Virus record (IMG/VR): IMGVR_UViG_3300043443_000090
Location: 1 to 32,262 of that record
Reading direction: 5' to 3' (one strand)
DNA from: a virus
Taxonomy: Duplodnaviria > Caudoviricetes
DNA: 32,262 nucleotides
A program made the position numbers and the translations under genes. Shown here one piece after another: positions 23,089 to 31,859 of the stretch (positions are counted from its first letter, which is position 1; each line of letters begins with the position of its first letter). Under the pieces are notes generated by a model. It did not search any database and had not been told where the DNA came from. It saw only the letters and a program-made list of their open reading frames with translations.

Positions 23089-24873
23089 TTACCCCATCGG
23101 TGCGTAGCTGGGCAGACCCGCAATCGGGCGGGCGGCATTCGATTGTACCTCAATACCGTCGATGGTGATCGTCTGACCTTGCGGGGTAAAGTAGAACGGC
23201 GACTGTCCGGGCGGGCGGATGAGGACCATGCCTTCGGAGCCGACGGGTTTGATCTCCCAGCCGGCGTTTGCCTTGACGTACTCCAGTGCCTGAGCAAGAT
23301 TGCCCTTGGTGCGCTCGACGGCAATGTCCTTGATCATCTCGCCATACAACTTCGACTGGTCTTCCTGCTGCTTCAGTCTCGACTCGAACTGCTTGGCGTT
23401 GAACTCGGCGGTCGCTGCAGACTGCTGCTGGCGGAACGCACTATCGAACGCCGCACGCGATCGGGAGGAAAGCTCTGTTGCGGAAATGCCACGGTCGGTA
23501 AGCTGCCCATTGACCAACACGTTGTACGTACCGTCCGAGCGCGGCTGGATGTTGATCGGCTGCCCGTAGTACATGGACCACACGGCGGCAAGCCGGCGCG
23601 GATCGTTGGACATCGCCAGTTCCTGCAGACCCTGCATACCCTGCAAGTGGGTCATGCCAGCATCCAACTCGAGGATCTTGGCCCGGACTTCCATGAACTG
23701 CTGGCCCATCCCGGAGCGCTGGTACATACCGGCCAGACGCGCAAGTTCCTCACGGACCTGACCCATCCGCTGGAACTCCATCGGGATCGACTGTTCCTCG
23801 CCGACGTACGCCTGCACCGGAGCGCCTGCGGCTTGGGCGGGAGCGCCTGCAGCCTGAGCGACCTGCACCCCCGGCTGGGCTCCCATCTTGGACAACACCT
23901 TGGGGATGTAGTCCCGCGTTTCCGCAGGGAGACGGTTGGGGTCAGCGCCTGCGGCGATCCATTCTTCTGCGTTGGCCGGACCCCAGTTGTAGGCAGCCAG
24001 TGCATGCTCGACATTGCCACCAAACTTGTTGAGCATTGCGGCAAGATAGTCACGGCCAACCCGGCGCTTTTCCTCAGGACTGTCGTCCTGCGCGGGAGTT
24101 ACACCGAAACCCGGATCACGTAGCGTACCAGCCATGGTCTGCATCGAGCCAGATGCGCCAGACTTGGGGTTCACCGCATACATGTTGCCGCCGCTCTCAA
24201 CCATCTCAACGGCGTTTGCAAGCGACCCAAACTGCGGAGCCTGCGGAGTCTGCGGGAGATTAAGGGCAGCCTCTGGCGACACCGCCGCCTCTGGCAAGTT
24301 AAGCGCACCAGCCACGGACTCAGGCGATACACCTGCTGGACGCCTAGCCAGACGACGCCCCGAAGGAGCAGCCCGACCACTAGCTGCGGTTTCTTGGATG
24401 TACTTGCGCAACTCGGCTTCGACTTGTGCGTCTGTTACCGTAGGTTTACCACTAGGGACACGGGCACCCGGTCTTACCATCGAGTAGGGCGACATCGCCG
24501 CCAACCCGGTTGTAGGCACCATATTCGGACCTTGAGCGGACTCTAGCCGGGTACGAATGCTCGCTCGCAGCTTCTGCATTTCAGCAGGAGAAAGATCCCA
24601 TGTACGCTCCGGCGTAGTGGGCTTTGCAACTTCTTCCTGTTGCTGCGGCTCCGGAGGAGCTACCTGCTCGACGCCAAGCTTCGGGGCTGCCATACGCTGG
24701 TACTCAGGCGCAGCCGGCAAGGGCTGGGAAGCAGCTTCCCTGCGGAACTGGTCGAGGCGGTTCTGCTCCTCGATCTGGAGTTGGCGCTCACGCGACTTAC
24801 GAGCCTGTTCCTCGCCAGTACGAAAGCCAGTGGAGGCGGCACCAGCACGACCAAGGATCAACCCAAGTGCCAT
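23089..24873 (-). CDS. Internal virion protein with soluble lytic transglycosylase (SLT) domain
   Basis: VESGG (catalytic Glu), GASGSMQTM, G.DYL..ML..F.G....ALAAYNWG, ETRDYI.KV. Confidence 0.88.
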   Translation of the reverse strand: MALGLILGRAGAASTGFRTGEEQARKSRERQLQIEEQNRLDQFRREAASQPLPAAPEYQRMAAPKLGVEQVAPPEPQQQEEVAKPTTPERTWDLSPAEMQKLRASIRTRLESAQGPNMVPTTGLAAMSPYSMVRPGARVPSGKPTVTDAQVEAELRKYIQETAASGRAAPSGRRLARRPAGVSPESVAGALNLPEAAVSPEAALNLPQTPQAPQFGSLANAVEMVESGGNMYAVNPKSGASGSMQTMAGTLRDPGFGVTPAQDDSPEEKRRVGRDYLAAMLNKFGGNVEHALAAYNWGPANAEEWIAAGADPNRLPAETRDYIPKVLSKMGAQPGVQVAQAAGAPAQAAGAPVQAYVGEEQSIPMEFQRMGQVREELARLAGMYQRSGMGQQFMEVRAKILELDAGMTHLQGMQGLQELAMSNDPRRLAAVWSMYYGQPINIQPRSDGTYNVLVNGQLTDRGISATELSSRSRAAFDSAFRQQQSAATAEFNAKQFESRLKQQEDQSKLYGEMIKDIAVERTKGNLAQALEYVKANAGWEIKPVGSEGMVLIRPPGQSPFYFTPQGQTITIDGIEVQSNAARPIAGLPSYAPMG

Positions 24874-24876
24874 AGA

Positions 24877-26052
24877 TTACCCCTTCTTCTGGCTGGTGTA
24901 CGCACCGTAGAGATCGCCCGCAAACTTGCCGATGTTCTCAGCCTGTCCCGCAGCCCGATCCTCTGCAGTACCGTAGGCCGACATCAAGCTGGTGTACCCA
25001 CTGCCAGAGTCAGGATACGCCCCCGGGAACATCGCAAGACCAGCTTTACGCGTATCAAGTCGGTTACCGATCCCGGCACCATAACCCACATCGTAAGCCG
25101 TACCGGTGGTGCGGGCGGTATCCAGATCGTAACGACGGGCCTCGGCCTGACGCTCGCCACCAGTCATACCACGCAGACCTTCACGCTTGGCGCGGCTGCC
25201 GGCAATCTGGGCACGCCTTGCGGACTGCAGCCCTGCGTACTCAGGATCGAAGTAGGCCGACTCACCGATCAGCTTGCGGGCCTCGTTCAGCCGCTCACGG
25301 TACGCAGCCTCGTTGGCAGAGGTAGACGCACGCAAAGCTTCAGCCTGCTGCTCCATCATCCGCCGCTCCGCAGCACTGGGACCAGACAGAGCACCAGCGG
25401 CCAGAGTCGTGGCACCCTGCACAAGAGCCGGGGTCAGCTTGCTAGCCGTACCAGCAGCCGCAGTGCCGGGAGCCGCGCCGATACCGGTCATCGTCCGGAA
25501 GTTCTGCGCCGTACCGCTGGCGATATTGCCAAGGACACCCGAAGCATTTGCTGCTGACGGAGTTACCGCGCTAGCCATACCCGCAGCCCCCGGGACATTC
25601 GCCAAGAAGCCCGGAGTCGCAGTTGCTGTGGTCGGAGCAGCCAGCACACCGCCACCTGCCGGAAGCTTAAGCCCCGCAGCCATGTCAGCAATACTTGTGG
25701 GTGCAGCACCCGGAGCGCTAGCCAGCACACCAGACCCCGGAGTCGCTTGCGTAGCCCCTGCAGCAAGATTGGACGTAGGTGCACCAGTGGGTGTAGTCAT
25801 GTACCCGCCAATGCCACCTCCCAAGCCACCCATTAGTGCGCCTGAGCCGAACTTGCCACCTTGCAGTTTCGAGGCTGCGCCGCCCAGTACTGCACCAGTC
25901 AAGGCACCACCGAAGGTGGACCCAAGGGTAGCGCTACCCAGCGCAGTACCGATGGCACCGGATAGACCAATCGCACTTGCGATCGCAGGAGCAGCAAAAG
26001 GCACTGCAATGGCAGCGACCACACCGATAACTTTCCGAACGGACTTGCTCAT
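24877..26052 (-). CDS. Gly/Ala-rich pilot/DNA ejection protein (391 aa)
   Basis: N-terminal hydrophobic VAAIAVPFAAPAIA and GxxxG-rich helices, low-complexity middle, helical C-terminus. Position before the SLT ejection protein. Confidence 0.6.
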   Translation of the reverse strand: MSKSVRKVIGVVAAIAVPFAAPAIASAIGLSGAIGTALGSATLGSTFGGALTGAVLGGAASKLQGGKFGSGALMGGLGGGIGGYMTTPTGAPTSNLAAGATQATPGSGVLASAPGAAPTSIADMAAGLKLPAGGGVLAAPTTATATPGFLANVPGAAGMASAVTPSAANASGVLGNIASGTAQNFRTMTGIGAAPGTAAAGTASKLTPALVQGATTLAAGALSGPSAAERRMMEQQAEALRASTSANEAAYRERLNEARKLIGESAYFDPEYAGLQSARRAQIAGSRAKREGLRGMTGGERQAEARRYDLDTARTTGTAYDVGYGAGIGNRLDTRKAGLAMFPGAYPDSGSGYTSLMSAYGTAEDRAAGQAENIGKFAGDLYGAYTSQKKG

Positions 26053-26501
26053 GCCGACTCCTGAAGATTCATCCGTACGTAGGAACAGGATTTGTTGAAG
26101 CCAAACTTCTTGCGGTACAGGTTGGCCATGCGCTCGTTGGCGTACGCGTCAAGGAACACAATGTCATTGGCCTTGAGCCACTGGAGAATGATCTTCCAGT
26201 ACGCAGCCTTGAACAGCAGCAGGTGCTGCCCACCCAATCCGATGATGTCCGCGCACTTCATGTTGTTCGTGACGTTGAACTGGATGGCCAGCACAAGGCT
26301 GGGTACATCGTCCATCGAGAATACAAACACAGCGCACAGACCGTCGATCGCCAACTGCTTGATGGATTCAGGAGTGAGTTCGTCCTTGGCAATGTCGTTG
26401 CTCTCGCACGACTGCCTGAACAGCGGCTCCAAGACAGGCCACAACTCATCTACGCGGGCCTGCCCTTCGAGCATTTCTACAGAAAGGTTACGACTTTCCA
26501 C
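26049..26501 (-). CDS. Putative GNAT-fold virion-associated protein (150 aa)
   Basis: IIGLGG...W.KAN....LDA......LYRKKFGF. Size and position match the acetyltransferase-like gene that precedes ejection genes in many podoviruses. Confidence 0.55.
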   Translation of the reverse strand: MESRNLSVEMLEGQARVDELWPVLEPLFRQSCESNDIAKDELTPESIKQLAIDGLCAVFVFSMDDVPSLVLAIQFNVTNNMKCADIIGLGGQHLLLFKAAYWKIILQWLKANDIVFLDAYANERMANLYRKKFGFNKSCSYVRMNLQESA

Positions 26502-27156
26502 CCTGATTCTCTGAGTACTTGGCGATCATGGAGTCGAAGAACTCTTTGCCCTTCATTTCCACCACGTGCTTGGGGATGACGTACTCACCCTCGTGGGCCT
26601 CAATGATAACACCCCCGTCAGCTTTTGCCGACTTACCGACCTTACCGCCTGCAGCCATGGACTGCATCTGCGCCGGGGAGCCACCAGCCATGGCGTTCTG
26701 CCCACCCAGATCCTGCTGCACAGCCTGCGCGGCGAGGAGAAGGACGAACACCAGACCCTGATCGTACTGCTGCGGCAGGTCCTGCTCGGTGGCAATGCCC
26801 TGCTGGATGGCGAAGGCGCGGACCTGCGGGTACATGTCCGGATTCTGGGACGCTACCGTGGCAAGCTGGATCACCATGTTCAGTTCCTGCGGGGTGAGTT
26901 CCCCGGACTGCATGGACTCCAGTACCGCCTGCCGAATCTGCTCAACCTGCTGCGGGTTCTGGTTGACGAACTGGTTCAGTTGCATCTGCATCATCTGAGG
27001 GTTCATCTGCTGTTGCTGACCCTGCTGAGCCAGACCTGCCGGCATTGGCTGACCACCCGGACCAACCATGCCACCCTGCTCGAACTTGGGGAACTGCGGG
27101 GCCGGTGGGATACCCATGTTCGGGTCCATCATGTACGGGTTGTTGTTCATCGTCAT
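26488..27156 (-). CDS. Gln/Met-rich putative internal virion protein (222 aa)
   Basis: FEQGGMV and MAAGGKV motifs; C-terminal AHEGEYVIPKHVV..KG..FF. Confidence 0.65.
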   Translation of the reverse strand: MTMNNNPYMMDPNMGIPPAPQFPKFEQGGMVGPGGQPMPAGLAQQGQQQQMNPQMMQMQLNQFVNQNPQQVEQIRQAVLESMQSGELTPQELNMVIQLATVASQNPDMYPQVRAFAIQQGIATEQDLPQQYDQGLVFVLLLAAQAVQQDLGGQNAMAGGSPAQMQSMAAGGKVGKSAKADGGVIIEAHEGEYVIPKHVVEMKGKEFFDSMIAKYSENQGGKS

Positions 27157-27500
27157 CCCTTCAGTTGTATGAGCAGAGCGTTGACCGACGCCCGCAATGT
27201 GGCCACATCGTTGGCAAGTTCCTGCACGTTTGTCAGGAGCTTGACGTAATCGTCTGCACTGGGCACGGTCACGCCGCTGATCGTGTAGCTGGCACCCTGC
27301 GCGGTGACTCGGGTCATGGTCCCGGTGGGCACAGCCGCCACAGTTATATTGCCGCTAACCACCGCACGCCCGCCAGTGCCACCACGCGCACCGGTGAGGA
27401 TCTCGACGTTTTCCTTGAGCGCCGACAGAACATACGACTGCCAGTCGGTAAGACCGGTCATCGGGATGTTGGGAACTGCGGCGAAACGTGGGGCAGCCAT
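27153..27500 (-). CDS. Small virion/tail-associated protein (115 aa)
   Basis: Coupled to both neighbours (TGATG and ATGA overlaps). LKENVEILTG.RG and a C-terminal coiled coil. Confidence 0.65.
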   Translation of the reverse strand: MAAPRFAAVPNIPMTGLTDWQSYVLSALKENVEILTGARGGTGGRAVVSGNITVAAVPTGTMTRVTAQGASYTISGVTVPSADDYVKLLTNVQELANDVATLRASVNALLIQLKG

Positions 27501-29923
27501 CAGATCTCCTTGAGTCCGATCGGAGTCTCGGCCAGATGGATCGACCGGACCCGGATGTTACCGGATATACCGACCTCGTACGTGTCCGAGCGGAAACCTG
27601 TGGGCAGGCGGAACACCGAACTATCGGTGAGGTCGGTCGTGAACACGAGCTGCTTGTCCACCCAGAGCTTGAACTCCAGCGGGTCAAGTGCACTCCACGT
27701 CAGGGTCGACGTTTCCCAGTTGGAAGTTCCCGATTCCCAGACCTCGGTCGTGCTTACGTAGTCGGCCACCACACGGGCGGCTCCGAGGTTCAGCATGTCC
27801 TTGGTTACGATAACCTTGGACTTCCACTCCATGGTGGTCAGCGGCTGGGCAAGGTTGTCCCACTCGTAGATGTCGCCGTCGTCTCCGCTCACAACGTAGA
27901 GCTTGCCGGTCAGCGAGTCGTACCAAGCGGCCGTGAACTGGAAGTCGTTGGAGACGAAGAAGCCACCGATCTGGTCGTCGCGCTCGAACACGAACGCCCC
28001 GGTGGAATGGGACGCGAAGTAGTTCTCACCGTAGTACGAGGCCGTGATCGTGGTCGGGTCGATCGCCGTATTCCACGTATCGTTGTTGAGCAGCGCCTTG
28101 GTGACCACCTGCGGACCGGACCCAACCGAGAACACGGCCAGACCGTCATGGGTGGAGTACACCACACCATAGTCCATGGTCACGATGCTGCTGCGGTTGA
28201 GGCAGGGGTACAACGCGTCCACTCGCTGGATGGACAGATTCTGCGGATCAGAACCCGTCACAACATACGGGTAGCCTTCCGTCAGTACCAGTACGCTGCC
28301 GTTAGCCACGGCAAGTCCCACGATGTTGTGCTCGATTGTCTTTGTGTACTCTCGAGGCCAAGCGTGGGGGACAGCCTTCTCGCTGAAGAACAGTTGGTTC
28401 CCCACAAATCCAGCGAGTATGGTGTTCTGGATCGACACGAGCCCCTGCAGTCCGGACGGAGGTGCGTCGTACTCATCCGTCCCGAGGATGTCGAGCAGGT
28501 TCTTGGAATCAAAGTCGTCGACAAAGTCGTAACTACCGTCACCCCAGTAACGCGCAGTAGACGTAGGAGGATTCTCCGACACGTCATGGTATACGGTTCC
28601 AGCAGCAACTGCGGTATCTGCAACATCGCCAGCCACCTGTGCGTACTCGAACGTGTAGTCATCCAGCACATCAGTGACGATACCGCCAGTGATGTTGAAC
28701 GTAGCGTTCGTGCATCCGCTGAGCTTGAACCGCCCGTCGATATCCAGATTGTGGGGATAGGTAGTCTCGACACGCGATACGTTGCTCGTACGCTGCACTC
28801 GTGCAACTGCGATGGGGAACCACAGGGTAGCGAGCCGGTAGTACTCAGTCCCCGAGGTCGAAGCAAGCGTGCGGTACAGCCGCACACCGCGCACGAAGTT
28901 GCTTCCGGTCGGCTTGGCAGTCGGAAGATTGCTGACCGTGACCGTTACGCCTTCCTTGATGTACAGGTTGTCGGAGGGCTTGGATGCGATCGACTCCTCA
29001 TCCCACGGGGTGTACCACGTGAACACGTAGGAGCGAGTCTGGGTAAGACCGCCGAGGTCAACCGTACCAGTGGTGTACGAGGTGGTGGCGACCGGGAACC
29101 CCGGGCTGAAGTACTTGATCGTGGTGCTGTCCACCACAGTGCACTCGACACTGGTGGCGTTGAAGCTACGCAGGTCAAGGTTGACCGTACCCGAGGTCGT
29201 AAGCGCAGCATCCGCAACAACCGAAAACTGGCTGGAGCTGATGTAACTGATCGTGAACGTACCTGCAACTGCAGTGCCCGACGTGAAGTCAAGCGTGACC
29301 GATGCGCCGTTGGACAGGCCGTGCCCGACAATGGTCACAACGATCGTCGTCAGAGTCTGGCTGTAAGTACCCGCTATGTGGGTAAACCCGGCCACAGTGA
29401 TCGAGTTGCCAGTACGCAGATTATGCGCAGAGGAAGTGACGATCGTTGCGGTATTGCCAGAGTCTCGCGCGTACGAAGCCGTGGCCACCGTGGTGAACGT
29501 GCCAGCCACAGTCGTGAGTACAGAGGAATCCGGAGGTACAGGCAGCCCCAGATCGTAGCTGGAAACCGGGTACGGGGTAGCTCCACCAGTTGCCAGTTCG
29601 TAGTTGCTTACCTTGGGCGCGCCATCACCAGTGTAGTAGAACCGCTGCTCGTCGTCCTGCGACGGGGTAGCAATGGCGATGTTGACATCACCTGCCCACG
29701 ACAGCCACTTGAGTTCGCTGGTGACCGGATCTCGAAGTGCGTACAGAGTGTGGATCGTACCGGTGCGATTAGTGCTACCGGCTACGACAGGCTGGGGATA
29801 AGGTAGCAGATCGCCTGAATACAACTTGCAGTTGCGGGCAATCTGGGCAGCCGTATCCGGCAACAGCTCCGGGGAAACCTTGGGAGCTGTACCGAGGAAG
29901 CGCAGGATCTTCAACCCAGCCAT
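27500..29923 (-). CDS. Tail nozzle / head stabilisation protein (beta-propeller type) with inserted beta domains (807 aa)
   Basis: F.G..P...P.LLP...AQ.A.N start; LAGF.GNQLFFSE...PHAWP; C....SIV.....V.Y.THDGL; W.SK; FRLP.G near the end. Pattern of podovirus gp10/tubular-B-like proteins. Confidence 0.7.
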   Translation of the reverse strand: MAGLKILRFLGTAPKVSPELLPDTAAQIARNCKLYSGDLLPYPQPVVAGSTNRTGTIHTLYALRDPVTSELKWLSWAGDVNIAIATPSQDDEQRFYYTGDGAPKVSNYELATGGATPYPVSSYDLGLPVPPDSSVLTTVAGTFTTVATASYARDSGNTATIVTSSAHNLRTGNSITVAGFTHIAGTYSQTLTTIVVTIVGHGLSNGASVTLDFTSGTAVAGTFTISYISSSQFSVVADAALTTSGTVNLDLRSFNATSVECTVVDSTTIKYFSPGFPVATTSYTTGTVDLGGLTQTRSYVFTWYTPWDEESIASKPSDNLYIKEGVTVTVSNLPTAKPTGSNFVRGVRLYRTLASTSGTEYYRLATLWFPIAVARVQRTSNVSRVETTYPHNLDIDGRFKLSGCTNATFNITGGIVTDVLDDYTFEYAQVAGDVADTAVAAGTVYHDVSENPPTSTARYWGDGSYDFVDDFDSKNLLDILGTDEYDAPPSGLQGLVSIQNTILAGFVGNQLFFSEKAVPHAWPREYTKTIEHNIVGLAVANGSVLVLTEGYPYVVTGSDPQNLSIQRVDALYPCLNRSSIVTMDYGVVYSTHDGLAVFSVGSGPQVVTKALLNNDTWNTAIDPTTITASYYGENYFASHSTGAFVFERDDQIGGFFVSNDFQFTAAWYDSLTGKLYVVSGDDGDIYEWDNLAQPLTTMEWKSKVIVTKDMLNLGAARVVADYVSTTEVWESGTSNWETSTLTWSALDPLEFKLWVDKQLVFTTDLTDSSVFRLPTGFRSDTYEVGISGNIRVRSIHLAETPIGLKEI

Positions 29924-29929
29924 ATCGGA

Positions 29930-30223
29930 TTACTTGTTCCGATAGGTGGAGCCGCCAGTAAACGGCGAGTTGATCGTCTGCTTCATCTTCGTACCAATAC
30001 GCTTGGTCTCTGCCTCGTTCGCCATTTCCATACCAGCGTAGCGGCCGGGACGATTCATGGACGCAGGCGTGTACCTACGCGGAGGACCACCGGAAGTCGA
30101 CTCCTGCTGAGCCAGAGGATTGCCCTCGATCATGCCAAGGCGGCGACGCTCCTCCTTGGAGGGGAGACCACGCATGGAAGCCTCGTTGCTCGACGGGTTG
30201 GGGTTGCGGCGACGGCTGGCCAT
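29930..30223 (-). CDS. Small basic hypothetical protein (97 aa)
   Basis: ATG 30223 overlaps the TGA of the upstream 31-aa ORF. Arg-rich and probably disordered. Confidence 0.55.
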   Translation of the reverse strand: MASRRRNPNPSSNEASMRGLPSKEERRRLGMIEGNPLAQQESTSGGPPRRYTPASMNRPGRYAGMEMANEAETKRIGTKMKQTINSPFTGGSTYRNK

Positions 30224-30318
30224 CACTTCTTACCCTTGCAAGCGCACGGTGCCTTACCGCACTTGGCGCACTTGACCATACCACCCTTCTTGTACTTCAT
30301 AGGCTTAGCGCACTTCAT
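30223..30318 (-). CDS. 31-aa Cys/Lys-rich peptide
   Basis: AGGAG RBS then ATG 30318. Reads MKCAKPMKYKKGGMVKCAKCGKAPCACKGKK*. Fills the gap exactly, with a TGATG overlap downstream. Not in the ORF track. Confidence 0.65.
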   Translation of the reverse strand: MKCAKPMKYKKGGMVKCAKCGKAPCACKGKK

Positions 30319-30327
30319 GACTTACTC

Positions 30328-30684
30328 CTAGTATCCACGCAGAACGAGCGTGACGTCGATGGAATTGGCAGACCCGCTGGTGACCACCGGCTTGATGTAC
30401 ATGGCAGAACTTGGCACCTGCACAAGCCCAGCCGCCGTGAGCGACACAGCAGTGCCATGCAGATCCTTGGCTCCGGCGTACGTGACACCGTCGTTGGACA
30501 CCTCAAGCGTGACGGTTGCACCGCCAAACGTGCCGCCAACCTGCGCCGAAATCAGGGACGCGTTGTACCCCGGGACGGGCAGGGCGACGATCGTGTCGCC
30601 GGTAACGATGCCGGACCACACCACCTTGGGGACGTTCTGGGCCTGAGCCTGAACGTACGAAATGACTGGAGAGACAGTAGCCAC
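30328..30684 (-). CDS. Small beta-rich virion protein (118 aa)
   Basis: AGGAG RBS and GTG start. W.G...GD...QV.GTFGGATVTLE.SNDG...YIKP pattern of small phage structural proteins. Confidence 0.7.
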   Translation of the reverse strand: MATVSPVISYVQAQAQNVPKVVWSGIVTGDTIVALPVPGYNASLISAQVGGTFGGATVTLEVSNDGVTYAGAKDLHGTAVSLTAAGLVQVPSSAMYIKPVVTSGSANSIDVTLVLRGY

Positions 30685-30693
30685 AAACTTCTC

Positions 30694-30903
30694 CTATTTC
30701 CTGTCCGTAACAGTACCACACCACGCGGCCCGGCGTGCATTGTTCAGCTTGACTTCCGCCACCGTTTCTGGGGTGTCGCGGCTGCTCCATGACACCGGTT
30801 GCCAGACGGCGCAGACCTCAGTCCCGCTGATTCTCGTCAGGGGCGTACACGCCGGCAGCAGCGATATCACGGCGAACGCGAGCGTCAGCGTCCATCGCCT
30901 CAC
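30694..30903 (-). CDS. o-spanin (Rz1-like outer-membrane lipoprotein)
   Basis: RRWTLTLAFAVISLLPA-C signal peptide and lipobox, further Cys residues, overlapping the i-spanin 3' end in another frame. Start uncertain (30903 or 30945). Confidence 0.7.
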   Translation of the reverse strand: MRRWTLTLAFAVISLLPACTPLTRISGTEVCAVWQPVSWSSRDTPETVAEVKLNNARRAAWCGTVTDRK

Positions 30904-31039
30904 GCAACTTCCGGTTGGCAGTCTCGGCGGCATCAAGTTGCACATCGGTTTCTCCTACCTGACGTCCGAGTCTGGAGGCGAACCAGAAGATCACCCCCAG
31001 ACCCAGAAAGATGCCGACCGACAAGGCCAGCAGGGTCAC
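30818..31039 (-). CDS. i-spanin (Rz-like)
   Basis: GGAGG RBS and GTG 31039. N-terminal TM helix followed by a helical periplasmic region ending DENQRD. Confidence 0.7.
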   Translation of the reverse strand: MTLLALSVGIFLGLGVIFWFASRLGRQVGETDVQLDAAETANRKLREAMDADARVRRDIAAAGVYAPDENQRD

Positions 31040-31040
31040 G

Positions 31041-31220
31041 TCACGCCTCCGGCTTGTGGTCGGGTGAGAACGCGCCAACCAGACCGGCCAAAGCCAGACC
31101 AGCAGCGATCACAGCCTCGACCTGCTCGGCACTGAACACCACGCCGACAGCAGTCGCCAGCATGATCAGACCGCGCCAAGTCGACGCTTCGGACATACGC
31201 GCCAAAAGATATTCCTTCAT
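31041..31220 (-). CDS. Putative holin (59 aa, two TM segments)
   Basis: ATGA overlap with the endolysin. R..EASTWRGL followed by two hydrophobic segments. Confidence 0.65.
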   Translation of the reverse strand: MKEYLLARMSEASTWRGLIMLATAVGVVFSAEQVEAVIAAGLALAGLVGAFSPDHKPEA

Positions 31221-31642
31221 GGGATCACCTCGGATTTGATGGACTTCCACGCACGATGCTGGATATGGGGCAGCTCCTTGAACCGCTTCCACCGGCCAGC
31301 CCACTCCATACCGCACGATTCTGCCAGTTCCCCAGCGCGAGTCCAGTGCGGATGTTTACCGTCCCAGACCGGTTTACCGTTGACCAGTGGGACAAAATCC
31401 AGTGCCAAACTCGCCGGCATCGGCCCCGGCATCGTGAAATTGTGCGCCGACTGCCCCGGCTTGGCGTTGGTCACAACCTTGCCCGGCATGGTCCGGCCCT
31501 GCTCATAGAGCCGCTGCTGCTCGTCCATGCTGCGGTAGGTGCAGGTTACGAGGATGTCCAGCCCGGCTGCGTCGCAGGCCGCAAGCCAGTTATCCACGAA
31601 CGGGCGGAAGGCCGAATGCAGATCGCCTAGGCTGCGGCTCAT
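31217..31642 (-). CDS. Endolysin, peptidase M15 family (L-Ala-D-Glu peptidase-like)
   Basis: SR.L.DL, TYRS..EQ..LY.QGRT.PG..VTNAKPGQSAHN, A.D, WAG.W..F.E.PH.Q. Confidence 0.92.
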   Translation of the reverse strand: MSRSLGDLHSAFRPFVDNWLAACDAAGLDILVTCTYRSMDEQQRLYEQGRTMPGKVVTNAKPGQSAHNFTMPGPMPASLALDFVPLVNGKPVWDGKHPHWTRAGELAESCGMEWAGRWKRFKELPHIQHRAWKSIKSEVIP

Positions 31643-31643
31643 G

Positions 31644-31850
31644 TCAGCTCCCGAACACCAGTTTTACCAGAATGCCGGCCATACCCACGATGAGCGTGAA
31701 CCCGACCTTGGCCAGCAGTCCGTTCATCCGACCAAAATCTTCGGTCAGTTTCGTAGTGTTGGCGATGATGCCGTGGTAGCGCTCGGCGCAAACTGCTTCG
31801 TGGGTGTTCAATTGCTGCTCCACATGCCGCAGGCGGTCATCCATGTCCAT
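31644..31850 (-). CDS. XhlA-like / holin-like membrane protein (68 aa)
   Basis: HEAVCAERY coiled coil plus a C-terminal TM helix, directly upstream of the endolysin. Confidence 0.6.
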   Translation of the reverse strand: MDMDDRLRHVEQQLNTHEAVCAERYHGIIANTTKLTEDFGRMNGLLAKVGFTLIVGMAGILVKLVFGS

Positions 31851-31859
31851 CGTGTGTCC

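Noticed and set aside
21082-24123. 1013-aa ORF on the + strand
   Set aside because: Antisense shadow of two in-frame minus-strand genes in GC-rich, codon-biased DNA. No recognisable motifs or RBS.
27488-29806. 772-aa ORF on the + strand
   Set aside because: Mirror frame of the nozzle gene, with the Arg/Val/His-rich composition typical of shadow ORFs.
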